The position numbers were made by a program, and so were the translations under genes. Shown one piece after another: positions 29,749-42,770 of a DNA stretch of 64,000 nt (the first letter of the stretch is position 1; each line of letters begins with the position of its first letter). A model generated the notes under the pieces. It ran no database searches. It was given only the letters and a program-made list of their open reading frames with translations, and was not told the DNA's origin. Origin of the DNA: Tubiluchus corallicola (Eukaryota; Animalia; Priapulida); the NCBI GenBank assembly GCA_030141605.1, contig JAQGDQ010000143.1, positions 1-64,000 on the forward strand. Reading direction: 5' to 3'.

Positions 29749-31570
29749 ATAAGTATAACAATTTAACTATTTTTGCTGATTGTGATATACTGCAGAGCTA
29801 AAATTTCTTGTTAACTCAGGCCTATTATTGTCTTTCAAAGTTGTACAGGTTTCACATATTAGAGCTTGTATCTAGGTACATTTAATTGTTTATATTTAGT
29901 GTTGTGAGTAAATTGGTCAATGTGCATTTGCAGTGTCTGTAAGGAAGAATTTTTTATGCACATTCGAAATTATGTGATATCAGTAGCCTATGATGATGTG
30001 GAACGTAAGAAAATGCTTCTCTTGTTTTAAAACAAAGCATTATTGTTCTTTAGCACTGTCCATACATAGCAGTTTTTTCTGGTTTAAGTGCCTTTGTTCA
30101 GTTTATAGTGTTTGGGGAAATGGTGGTCAGGATAATCTTAGTACAATACTCACTACACATTGTTTCTCGACAAAGCATGCTAGTAGTTGTTGAATAATCA
30201 CTGTTCACTGTGTCTCAAAGCTTTTCTTTCTTTTTGTTTTGCTTTAATTTTCATAGTCAGTTTTTTAAGTTATATCATTTTTGTAATTGGTCAAACTTGC
30301 ATTGAGCAAACGCTGCAAAAAAACTAAAACAAATAAAGCAATTAATATGTATAGTATAGGTAATTTTTGCTGGGACTCTGAATTGTCAAGCTTCCCTGGT
30401 ACTGAATAAAATAGTCACTACGAATTATGTCATTAAGAATTAATCATCATAGTTATCCTCTCTGGTAGTGCTTAAAAATCTTGTTTGGTAAGAAGATCGT
30501 CACTCTGCACAAGTAACTGTAAACTGTAAAATTGACTGTGTCGGTTGCATTTTTTATTGTGGGTGCATTTTGTTTCTGCATGTAGAATACAGTCACTAGA
30601 AAAAAATATTTCAGAGCATCTGAACTGATCCTTCATTACAGTTGAATACCTGCTAATAAATGGTAATAATTCTTGTAAAAAAATTTTGCTGTCTTACCAT
30701 CAGTTTATTGACAATTAAACATGATTATTTATCAGGCGATTTCTAAATAAACATTTATGAACTACATGTATAAATAAATTACTGTTGGTTTTTAATAAAT
30801 TATTGGCTGCTGTCATTTGTCTAAATTTAGAACTTGTTCAAAATTGGAAAGAATTATGTAAGTACAATGCACTTGTAGTCGTGGCTAATTATTATGCTTC
30901 CAAAATGAGTTGTACAAAAGTACATTGTATAAAATAGTAGCATGGTATTTTTCAGGCTAGTCTTGGCAAACAAATTCTGAAAGTTGTATTCTGATCAAAA
31001 ACAATTGAAATGAAATTTAGTTATTTTCAACAATTCATATGTGTCTTTTTTCTGATTTGATCTGATAATTGAAACCATACTTAATAATTTTGTGCAAGTG
31101 ACAACTTGACAACTGAAAAAAAGAATTACTAATGAGATGTTTGATTACACATTGTATATTTGTTACAGAACAATAATTCCAATTACATTTTTGTCTCTGC
31201 TTACAATCACAATTTTATGCATCAAACGGGTACACAATACAGCACGCTTTTTCGGCAGAACAAGCATTTCTGATTCCGGATGAAGTAACATTAAAATAAC
31301 GTTATATTGCACCTTCTCTACATACATTTTTATGCTCTATTTATTTGTTATTATTACGAAATGATTTAAACACACACTAAAATTCAAAGATATTTTAGCA
31401 AGAATTACAAGATGTGCAATTCTTGTTATTGCAAGCAAGTGGAGCCGGTGCAAAAATTATATACACACGTAGTTATAATTATTTAGAATTTCTAGCTAAC
31501 ACAATCACTTTGACTGATATTTCTGACGATAGATGTCGGGGTGCAAAGAATAATATTTTCCAACAAAATC

Positions 31571-34500
31571 ATGGCGAACTTTGGGCGGTATACTCATGCA
31601 ATTTGTGCCCGAGTTCCATCGAGTATTTCGAAAACTGTTAGTGAGAATGACAATGAGGGCGAGCTTAATATAGAAAAAGCAAGAGGAGAACATGAACAAC
31701 TGTGTGACACGCTGCGGAAGTTAGGGGTTGATGTTATTGAGCTTCCCCAGGATGAGAATCTCCCGTTTTCTTGTTTTGTAGAAGACACTGCTGTTGTAAT
31801 TAATGGCACAGCACTTCTTACAAGACCTGGAAATAAAGACCGACGTTCCGAGGTAAATATAGAAACGTATTACTTTTATATACAGCAATAGCATAATCTT
31901 TATTTTCATTGTTTGGGGTCGTCAGTCCGGTAGTAAACAGTTTCGGTCCACAGCTAGCCAAGTGCGTGTAACAAGTTTGACAAAGTTTGATCCAGTACTC
32001 ATATTGTAACATCCATCCACACAAGATTTTCTTCTTGGTACTGTTATGTCCTGAGATATATCAAGAGCTTTAATAGGTCTAACATTAATAAGAAAGTGTT
32101 AATACTTTTTGTGTATAAATTTGTTGATTGTGGCGATCAAAACATTTTTAATGCATGATGCTAAAAGGGATTAGTGTATGCATTGTCTTACCTTCCAACA
32201 TTTGCTGTGTGGCTAGCTTGCATCCAACCATATACAGTGCACCTTCCATTATCTTTTAACTAGATACTGTTGCACGTATAGGCTACATAGTCTATAAATT
32301 CTCAATTATAATTTTCAAACAATGAACATTACCCAAAGCCTATTAAAACTGTTTATCGAACTTGCAATGTGCCAGAGTTTATTTTAATTTGTAGTAAACC
32401 CCGAAACCACTATCGTAACACAACATAATAATAGGCCTGTTATTTATTTTATTGCAATACACTTTACATGTACTATATATACATTATTTAAAAAATAAAA
32501 TTGTGAAGAAATGACAGTGAATGACCAAATGGTTATCTAATCAGTTTTTTGCCCCATAGGTTCCTCACAGTGACTCTGATTCAAAAACTAAATCACCAAT
32601 GAGACCACACTAGATCAGATCTTTCACTAAAACTATTGTTGTTGAAGAAAAGGCCACGCCTCCTAGGATGTTCAGATAATTTCAGTGTTCGTGAAAAATA
32701 TTAGAAGGATAGACTAATAAAAGTGTGATAAGTGCCTCGTGTAATTAGCAAAATCATTTTAAAGTTGCGATCATTTCGAGCCTAGGTACATCCACTTTGA
32801 ATGCCCATTCTTCCAACAATGCCATTGTTCATTGACTGAAGAAAAGCAGGGCATTGTCAATTTTCATCAAAAAATTTTATGAAAAATTAGATAATTTTGT
32901 GTTTTTTTTCCGATGAATATTAGGCAAACTGCAGAAATTTGATTTAGTTTAAGCACCTTGCTTGGTAATTTTTACACAGCAGTAGTATAAATTAACTTCA
33001 TGCTTCATAGACACTGAAAGTTTTTTGCAAATTTCTTTATTGTAGTTAGGTGATTATAGTAAAATGATATATTAAGTGACTTGTCCTTTCCTTTAATAAA
33101 AAATCCCACAGTTAAAACAAGGAAATAGCTCGATGTTTCAAACCACCACTGTGGTTTATCGTCAGGTAAAAAAGAAAAGGGGAAAATCGCGAGAATCACA
33201 GTTATGGCCTTCTCACCCATGGTTTGTAACATTATGCTTTTCCTCTTTTTTGACTTAGGGATTTTTTATTAATTATCGTTACTCTTGCCATTAAGAATTA
33301 AATTTGCATTATTATTATTGTTATTATTATTATCATCACCACTATTATTAATTATATATATATGGTATATATGGTATACCATATATGGTATCTTATGGGG
33401 GAATGTAAGGTCATAAAATATTAATTATTTTTCATATTTGAAAAGCAGGGATGTTTGGTGTAGCTCGCTCAACTGTGAATCTTTTTGTAGCCATATAATC
33501 ATGTATTTGGAACATAGCCAATGTTACTGGGTACAAACATTTGAAGTTATGAATTCCATGTCATCATATGTCCTTCATGAAAAATGTTCTGTAAGAGAAT
33601 TTTATGACATGTTCAAGTTTTATAAGCTTGTATGTGCATGTTCCGTTGGCTTTCGAAGTAACTTTTGTGGTTTTGAACTTTGATGCTCTACAAAGACGTA
33701 GTTTACAAAATATCAATGAATGTAATCAAATTATCTGGCTTTATCTCTTGTGGATATGCCTAAAATTGTATCATGCATATCCTTTAATCAACCTGCACTG
33801 TATTCATATTTAGATTTGAATATCTTTGTATTTTATGGAAGTGCAGCATACTCGGAATAAATAAAATGTTAGTCGCAAATGATAATTGTATTTGTTAACT
33901 GTCACTCTGTGCTCAGTTGCTTTAACGGAAAACTATTAACACCAGTTACTTATCCAGTGACATTGCAGAGCACAACTTCTTTTGAAGGTCTTCAATGCCT
34001 CTGGTGGAATTTAGTAGCTCGCTTATAAATTATAATTCCTTTTTGCAGCTTCAGCGTTACAATAGGTTTAGCCACGCTGACACAATACCTTTTTGTGCTG
34101 TAGTGAGAAGAAAATGAACTGTGTAGTATACAGCAAGTTATTCACATAATTATTATAGCTTTCATTGATCTTGTGCCTTGCCAACGCTTGCTAACTTGAA
34201 TGAAATGAATTGATTGATCCATTCAGTAAAAACAGGTTTAGTGATTAAACTGAATGGCACTGCACATTAAATTATAATTACTATACCAGATGTTGTTGTA
34301 TGTTATACTTTAATTTGATTTTCACATTTTAAAATTCTTATTTTTTTAATGTTTTCAAAAATTTTCATCTATAATGAAAGTTTTTAGTCAAAATTTAATG
34401 TCTACACTGCTATCGTTTTGATACATTTTTGTAGATACAGCCAACCATCATATGCTAGTTTAGTTATACACAGAACATGGTCTAATGAAGCTGCATTGCA

Positions 34501-37500
34501 AGTCATGCTTTCTCTGGCAATCGCGAGCCAGCTTGCTAGCAATGCTAACTTTGCGTCACTACGTAAACTTGGGCCAATGCTATTAGGAAATGTCAAATAC
34601 TGAAAATTAATTGATTGATGATTATAATGATTTCTCAATGATGTTGCTGATGATAAGGACAATGAGCTGTTGAATTGCTTACATTGAGTCATTTAAACAA
34701 AAATGTATTTTATGCATGCACAAGGTTTGGAGGAAAAACTAGTTTTCAATTGTTAAATCACTGAAAACTGGTTGATAATCTTTTAAAGCAGATAATGGTG
34801 CTAACCACTTGGATGATTATCACTTGACTGAGCAGCCAATGTTTAGAAGTGTGTGGATAATCTTGACATTTAATGGTTACAACTTTCTGAAGTCAGTTTG
34901 AGCTACTAATCGAATGTAGAACATTTTGTTCGGTTTTGAGATTTTAAGCTCCTCATTTCGCTGTCTTTTCTGTTTACATATAGACATGGCGATAATTGTG
35001 CAAACATTTTTCTCATTTATTGTAACCACTGGAGAAAATTTATGCTTCATTGGAAAGGCCAAGTTAAAATAGCTTTGACTTTATTAAGTGTCATTATTTA
35101 TGTGGATTTTATTATATATTTTAAATTGTAATAGTTTTATTTTGGCTCGCCTTTTTTAGAAATGTGGTACAGCGTTGTTGCAATACGTGGTAGTAAGTTA
35201 AAACCAAAAAGGGGTTGCATTGTCTCAAGTTATTTAATCAGTTGCTAGAAAAGAAACTCCCGCTAGAAGTCTCGTTTTTTATAGAAAAGAATAACCGTGA
35301 ATTCTGACAGCATCTTTAAGTTGTTGCTGTTGATACGATTAAGTCATTTCTTTGCTGTAATCCTTCGTTGCTTCTTTGGCGTTAATGCTGACACTTGAGC
35401 GATCTGTCAAATGTATTCTGTGACACGTCACAATCTCAGCAGTGTGCTATAAATAGATCGGCGATTAATAATGGATAAAACCCAGACTGAATTTAAAAAC
35501 ATTCAAGAAGTTTAATGTCTAATTTTATTAATCAATACTTTTGTGTTTCCTCACAGGCTATTACTCCTACTGTATCTATTATTTTTATTTAAACAGTAAT
35601 AGCTTGACCTGATCGCTGTCGTAGTTTGACCCTGCTAAGCTAGTCTGCCTTGCAATGACGTCATATGATCCCCACTCAGACTCCGAATTTTTCACACTTC
35701 AATTCTGTTCTAAAGCATTAAAATTAAAGGACGCCTTTTCGCATTTTGAAAAAATGTTATAAACTTGATTGTGTTATTTTGATATTGATATTTCTGCATG
35801 ACTATTTTCGGATTTGCTTAGCAGAGATTAATTATTGCATCGCCGGTTGTGAAGAGTCTGTGTGCGTGCGTTTTCACATATCCGTATTGATTAATTCACT
35901 GCTGCACGTATACGTAATCATGTTATTTTTGTTAGACAAGGCTCTGATCCTGTTTAGCAAAAAATCTCTTGACAGGTATCTGTTCTGTTCTGCTTTGCTC
36001 TGCTCTGCTTCTGTTGTGTTCTGGTCTGGTCTGTTTGATTTTCAATCCGAAAGTCATATTGAGGAGACCCAGGTTCGAATCCCGATGAAATTTTCCACAC
36101 TCCAAAATTATAATATGCTTTTTTGTTGACGGATCATAAGTCCTGGATTATATGGAGTAGCCATATCTTGATTGTTTGATCACTGCACTCACTAACCTTC
36201 TCACTTCGTTTTACTTGCACACAAAAATAGTGGTCGTGGTTATTATTTAGTTGCTAATAATAATTAATATAAAAGCATTGGTTAGTTTTCTCGATTTGAA
36301 AAGAATTAGTTCTAATTTGTTGAGCACAATCCAGTAACATCTAATTTTAACCCTTCTTCTGTTCCCCAGCATCACCAGTGGATGTGTCATAAAAACATAA
36401 AAATAATGATTGCTCATAAATAATTTTTGTCTGTCGTGTGGGAATGCTGTTCTAATTACATTAGTGAAGCTTAGGGTGGGTTATAAACTGCGGAGTAATT
36501 GCGCTTTTATTACTTTTATTCTCTGTGTTGGGCAGCAAAGACAGCTAGGAGTATGAATGAACCCATCGAAACTTATCATAGTGAGTTTTTATTGGTGAAT
36601 GTTTTAAACGTATTCGTGGCACCCGCGTTGTCGATTTTATATTTAGGACGAGAAAAACATTATAAGCCCCTTTAAACCACTTTATTTATGTAGATGTTTT
36701 TTTTAATTTAAGTTTGGTATTAAACTTTTCGGTATTAGTTTGGTAGTTTTTGATCGTTAGACTGGAATTGCACTGTCTAACATCACCTGGCTTAAAGCTT
36801 CAGATATTCAACAAAATCCTTGAATGGTACACATTGCGTGGGTGTAGCCAATACTGCTTGTTGCTCCACACCTTAGATTTTGCAGTTTATGGTCGGATAG
36901 GCAATTTTATAGCACGTTTCATGTAAATTACTATACCATTAAAATTATTTAATCACTAGCGTAAATTTTAATTATTTTATAATCTAAGTTTCTTACGTTA
37001 ATTTTTTTATACCTAAGACTTTTGTAAGTGGTATTAATTATATTACATGTTTTAATGTGTTAAAAATCGCACGTATCGTTTGCATCTTTTTACTACTTTA
37101 TATCACGTGTAACTAAACTACTTTACATACAAAACTAAGGTCGTAAAATTTCAATGTCACATATAGTAGTGTCACATAGTTTTTGCGATTATTTAAACGT
37201 GAAAAGAATTTATTAACCCCTGGAAAAACAAACCCTATCCAAAGTCTTAGTGAACGCTGTACAATATTTTGTGTTGTGTTTTGTTGATATAGTGTGCTGC
37301 TAAAATAAAATATTTGTTTATATATAGCTATCGATGGCCACACGCTGCTAATTTAAAGTGTTGAATTCAAAACCAACACCCTGAGCTTTTTTTAGTAAGT
37401 TTTCCCAGCATTTTTCCTGTGTCTAACTTACTCATGTTGATAATTATATTATGGCATTCTGTCTTACATCATAATTACTGCTGTTCGCTGTGCAATCATC

Positions 37501-40500
37501 CAGCAGTAATTCACAGTCCTGCGGCTAAACCTGTCTTTAAATTAAATTCAACTTTTGCAGGTGATACAAAACTTGCTCTAGTATATATAACACTCAGCCA
37601 AAACACCAGATTAAGCCGGAAATGGCTGTGACTGTAAACTGGTTTATGGATAAAAAAAGCGTTTTTTTAAATACGTCTAGCTAATAACATTGTCTGTCTT
37701 CCAAACAATTAATTATTTTGTAAATTTGCAGTTAATGTGTTGTGTAAGTACTGTTAACAGCGACAAATATAGGAAATTATTTTGAACTAGGGGACAGAGG
37801 GTTGTTACTATTATTAAATGTACATTCGGTTTTGGAAATTACTCAGCTTGGAAAGCACATTTTTCTTAAAATGGGTCACTAGACGTAACTTCTAAATACA
37901 TGTATTGTTATCGTTCTGTTACCTTGTATTTGTCTCACTAATGCTGCGGCCAATGTCACCAATTCTTAAAAATTATGTACCGACACTGACTACTATGGTT
38001 GTTTGTGACTCGAATGCTAAATTGTACATTTATTGAAAGGTAATGTAAAATAAAGAATATTCAAAAAACTCTAACAACAATTTTTATAAAATTAATTATC
38101 TGATAGTTGTACAACTTCATTTATTTTTACCAGTTTCAAACATTGTGATACATATTATCGCTTTATTATACTAAAATGATTTTCAAATCCTGTTGAAAAT
38201 GTTTAATGTCAAATTATCTGGGAGATGGTACTAGGGTGGTATGATCACTGTGACGTAATGCAGTGCGAACTCTTCATAATATTTGTGGAACGATGCAAAT
38301 TTACAGTGATTTCTCATTACATAAACAGCCGTCAGAGTTGTTCCATTTGACAATTTTTGTTGTTCATTCAAGACTTATCTGCCACTGAATTGCAAAGAAC
38401 ATAATGTAAAGACAAGATATTAATATTTAGTCATTTTTTTATTAAAACAGTGTAGCTGCTATTATTAGTTATAAGGTCATCCACTTACATATATATGTAA
38501 TGCTGTATTTAAACTGTGAATTTATAATTGGTTAGCAGCAACGCATTCGACGACAGGGCTGGTGTGTGGCGCCACCTCTCGGAAAATTTGTCAATAGTAC
38601 TGCTCAGTAAATTCATTGTCATCTACACCACAGTTATAACACATGCAAGCAAATTTGACTTTAAAAGTTAGTACCCATTACTTTTTGATGTAGTGGTAAT
38701 TCAATGACTTCCATGCTAAATTTTTCATGAATTGTGTTACTATTTATAAGACTGCTGTGTCTGGTTCAAAAAACTGCACTGACTATTAAGGCAAATGCTT
38801 ATACAAAAATGAAAGTGAGAAAATTTTGGAGCAAAACTCATGAATTTGTGAACTATTAATAATGAAACACTTAGAACTTAATGGAAAAGTCTTTAAAGAC
38901 AAGTGAGTTGTAGTTCAATTTTATGTTTAAAATTCTTCTTTCAGGTGGATACAATCAAAAATACACTCAAGAGAGAACTGCAGGGTTTGCGCATTACTGA
39001 AATTGAGGATGAAACAGCTACTTTAGATGGGAGCGACATCCTTTTCACAGGTATTTTATATGCTACATGAATTATAGTAGAACTGTTCTGTCGGTTTTGA
39101 GATTCACAATTTGCATTTGATTAAAATTGTTGTTCAGTAATCGGCATGTAACTTAAATGTCTGCTTTAAAGAATATCAATGTGCATTTATGTAGAATTTT
39201 GTTTTTCTGTGAGTCTACTTGACAATAACTGCATTTCATAGCTATTTGTTTTAATACGTTACTACTTCCGAAGTGTTTTTCATAGCATCATTCTTGTATC
39301 TATACCTACTACATAGTTTGCTTCTAGATGCACTTTTGTTTGTTAGGAAAGGAAATCTTTGTGGGCCTGTCTTCGCGCACCAATGCAAAAGGAGCAATGG
39401 CAGTAGCGAACACATTCCCGGAATATCCGACATCTCCCATCAAAGTAACCGGAGGTGAACATCTGAAAAATGTCGTGTGCATGGCTGGTCCAGACATTAT
39501 GATGGTGGCCGATACAAAAGAGGCAAAAAATACTCTTCATGTAAGTAATATTGTAAAATACAAGATACCAGTTTTTAACTTGACACGAAGTTATAAAATG
39601 AAAAATTATATGTACCACAAAATAGCTTACTTTATCACTAATTTTATTTTCTTTGCGCATATAATTTTTGCACAAAAATATGATTACATATTTTCTGCTG
39701 TCACTAATGTCTTTAAATACTCATATTAGATTTAAATTTATTAGATTTATTTATTTATTCATTTTGCGCAATATTGCAAAATGCAAAATACTACAATTAC
39801 AGAATTGACAATGCTTTGGCAATGCTATGAGTGTAGTGCATGGTTTTCTTGTGCATATAACTGTGACAGTTAGAGGTATTTAAATTAGAAGCATCTTGCC
39901 AACCATCCTATTTTGACTAACTGCACCTTATCTGCGCAGGAAAACGGGGCATCGCAGCAGTCTTGCACACGATTGATTATTGTTGAAGAGTCAACTAATT
40001 TGTTATAATAATGAAGTGATAACTTGTAGGCTAGGACAGTTAGGGCTTGTTAAATGACTGCTGGTCTGTTTTGATTGTAGCTTTCAGCTTTTTACTCAGG
40101 CAGTTACTGTGCTTGTAGTAAACTAATATCTTGTAGCACCTAGAAACTTGAACAAAAATGAAACACAGCCAACCATCGACAAGTGTTCGAATATTCAATT
40201 CAGGTAACAGAAGCTCACGGTAGTGGCATCTTTGCCAGATTGTTCTTGGTAGTAGATTAGATAGTGACATGCATATCACATATATATATTTGTACCAAGT
40301 TTCTGAAGTACATTTTTATTATCATAGAGAAAAGGGATGACATAAACGTAGTCTGATCAAATTTCATAGGCATCACTTTTGCATCATTGTTTGTTTTGTA
40401 ATCATTTTTGCTGACCAGTAAATGGTTGATATTTCAGAGGATAGAACAGCATGCTGAATTCAGATACAAAACTATAACTGTTCCAAATATTGGTGCAGTC

Positions 40501-41353
40501 AATTGTGTGTATGCGAATGGCACTCTTATCCACCGGTCTGAATTCCATGATACAAATAAGGTATTAGCTTTTGGTTTGTTAAAATATTTATACAAGTGCT
40601 AATGTTATTCACTTATTCTGTCTTTAAATTACAGCTTTTTTAACTGTGTGACTGGGTCTTAACGACTGCTACATTTAAAAAGTAACTACAAGTATGTTGT
40701 AATTTACATACAGTCTTAAACCAAAAACAAAATTACATAATCATTTGTGATGCACTCAATACATTAAGATTATTAAGAATGATAAGACATTGTAAATAGG
40801 CCATTCAATTCATTGCCAGAAAAAGAAATGGCTTATATCCGCCACTATTTGAAGCAACCACAAATCCAGCTTTAACGTCGGTAGAACTGTGTCTGTGGAT
40901 GTAAGCGCACCTTCACAAAAACATAAGTCGCAGGTTGTTGCTTTTTTGCAGTTACAAGATTAAATGCATGGAAGTTATGATCTTAGTTTAAGCTTTTGAC
41001 ATTTTGTATTATGTCTTCTGTGACAGTGGAGTTCAGCTAGCTACTGTTGCTGTACAAATGTGTTCAATATTCAGGTTGTGATAAGTATTCTCTATAAAAT
41101 TTTACAATGAACATGTTCTTTTAATGTCATTCCAACCTTAAGCAAGAGTTTGTAAAAGGTCATTGTCATCAAAATCACATTGCTTAGTTTTTGGCTGTGC
41201 ATAACAACATTTTTATTTTATCAGATTTTGAAGGAAAAGCTGAACGATACTCCACACAGTGCGATTCCATTTGGTGAAGTAGCTGGAGCTGGTGGCAGTC
41301 TCTCTTCATGTGTTCTTCTGATAAACAAGGTTAAGCGCATTAAGAGCATCTGA
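31571..41353 (+). CDS. DDAH: N(G),N(G)-dimethylarginine dimethylaminohydrolase-family protein, 277 aa
   Basis: Exons 31571-31852, 38945-39050, 39347-39540, 40438-40560, 41225-41353 (834 nt). Motifs FGRYTHAI, FVEDTAVV, TRPG..RRSEV, LDGSDILFTGKEIFVGLSSRTN, HLK and GGSLSSCVLLI. Confidence 0.95.
36040..36130 (+). mobile_element. Possible tRNA-derived SINE head fragment
   Basis: B-box-like GGTTCGAATCCC at ~36072 with no complete cloverleaf; similar downstream sequence at ~35685. Confidence 0.35.
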
Positions 41354-42595
41354 ATCATCAACAAATTGCTGTAGTTGTAGTCAGTTATGTATATGTAGAC
41401 AAACTCCTGTGGTGAACTCTATAAGCACTTGTTTCATTGTGAAAGATTGCCTGCACATCTCTTTTGAAGTCACCAAGAACTAACCACCGTCATTCAAGTT
41501 TATGCAATGTTTGCAGTATGTATGTTAGTGAAGAGCTACAAGCATTGCTAAACTGTTTTTGTCTGTTTTATCTTTCTTAGAACTACTCAATTTTCTCATT
41601 GTAATAGTCTCATTATCGTAGATGTTTTAGGGTTTTGAAACAAAAACATTGTTTAAAATAATTTTATAAATTTTGCGTTGATTATTTATCAGTTCACATT
41701 TCTTTTGCTCTAATACCTTTACTTTTTTCTTTTTTCTGCAAGTTACAATGTTCTGCAGAGTCACTTAATCTCTCATCTATTTCTACTTTAAGTGCTCCTT
41801 ATAACTCCGAACTCCTTAAAAACTAGATATAATTTCATTATGCATTTGTTAAAATGTGCATATATAGTGTATGTAACGTAACTTTCAGACTAGAAAATAT
41901 CTGATTAAATAAATTTCTGTTAATTAAAAAATTTGTTACAATTTCAGACTGAATAACTGTTTGACTACTAGTATATTAGCAGAATTCGTGTGTAACTCCT
42001 CCTACGAAAAAATTTATTTTTTATTATTTTATGTACTATTATTCAGTTTTTCTTTTGTTGGCAATTTACGGTTGTGACAATTATTAGACATTGAAATTTA
42101 GTTTGTTCTGTATAACTGAATTTCTTATTTGTTTTGCTAGGCATTATTTGCCAGCTATTATTGCACATTCGTGTTACTTTCTGCAATTATTAATATGATC
42201 AGCAGATTTAACATTTTATTTTTATATAATGTTGCCATTTCAACAAGTACAATTTTTTGTTTGCCAGTATATATATATATATATCTGGGCTCTATACGTC
42301 CTTAAATTTAAATTTTCATTTCATTCATTACAGCTTACTTATGTACATACTTTGGTTTTAGTAATTGTGATTTTAATGTTGGTTGTGACCAAAATTAAAT
42401 GATAACACTTAATGTGGCTTTGCATATGTCCCGTTCTTAAAAGTGAAATGTCATATTTTAAGTAGTAATTACATTTATAGTTTTAATCTGTAGGAGTTTT
42501 AGCACCTCACTTTAGCTAAACAATTTAAAGTAAAAGGAAGGCATAAGTTCTATTACTGCCTTGGTAAATTAGGAACGGGTCCTGGAGTGGACGTA

Positions 42596-42770
42596 CAGTC
42601 AATTCTCTTTATGCCGCGTACATTGGCACCTCAAAAAAGTTGGCATCATAAGGAGGTGCATTAATAAATGCATATCTATGCAAATATAGATATTTTGTTT
42701 TGCTAAAAATTTGGGCATTAAGCGAAGTTTGCATTATAAGAGGGGAGGTCGTTATAACAAGGTTTGACTG
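42596..42770. mobile_element. Tc1/mariner (Tigger-like) MITE
   Basis: ta|CAGTCAA...TTGACTG|ta termini with TA TSD; imperfect TIRs. Confidence 0.7.

Noticed and set aside
33352-33392. ATATATGGTATACCATATAT palindrome
   Set aside because: Low-complexity TA-rich slippage product.
36040-36130. tRNA gene
   Set aside because: Only a B-box/T-arm-like motif; no acceptor or anticodon stems.
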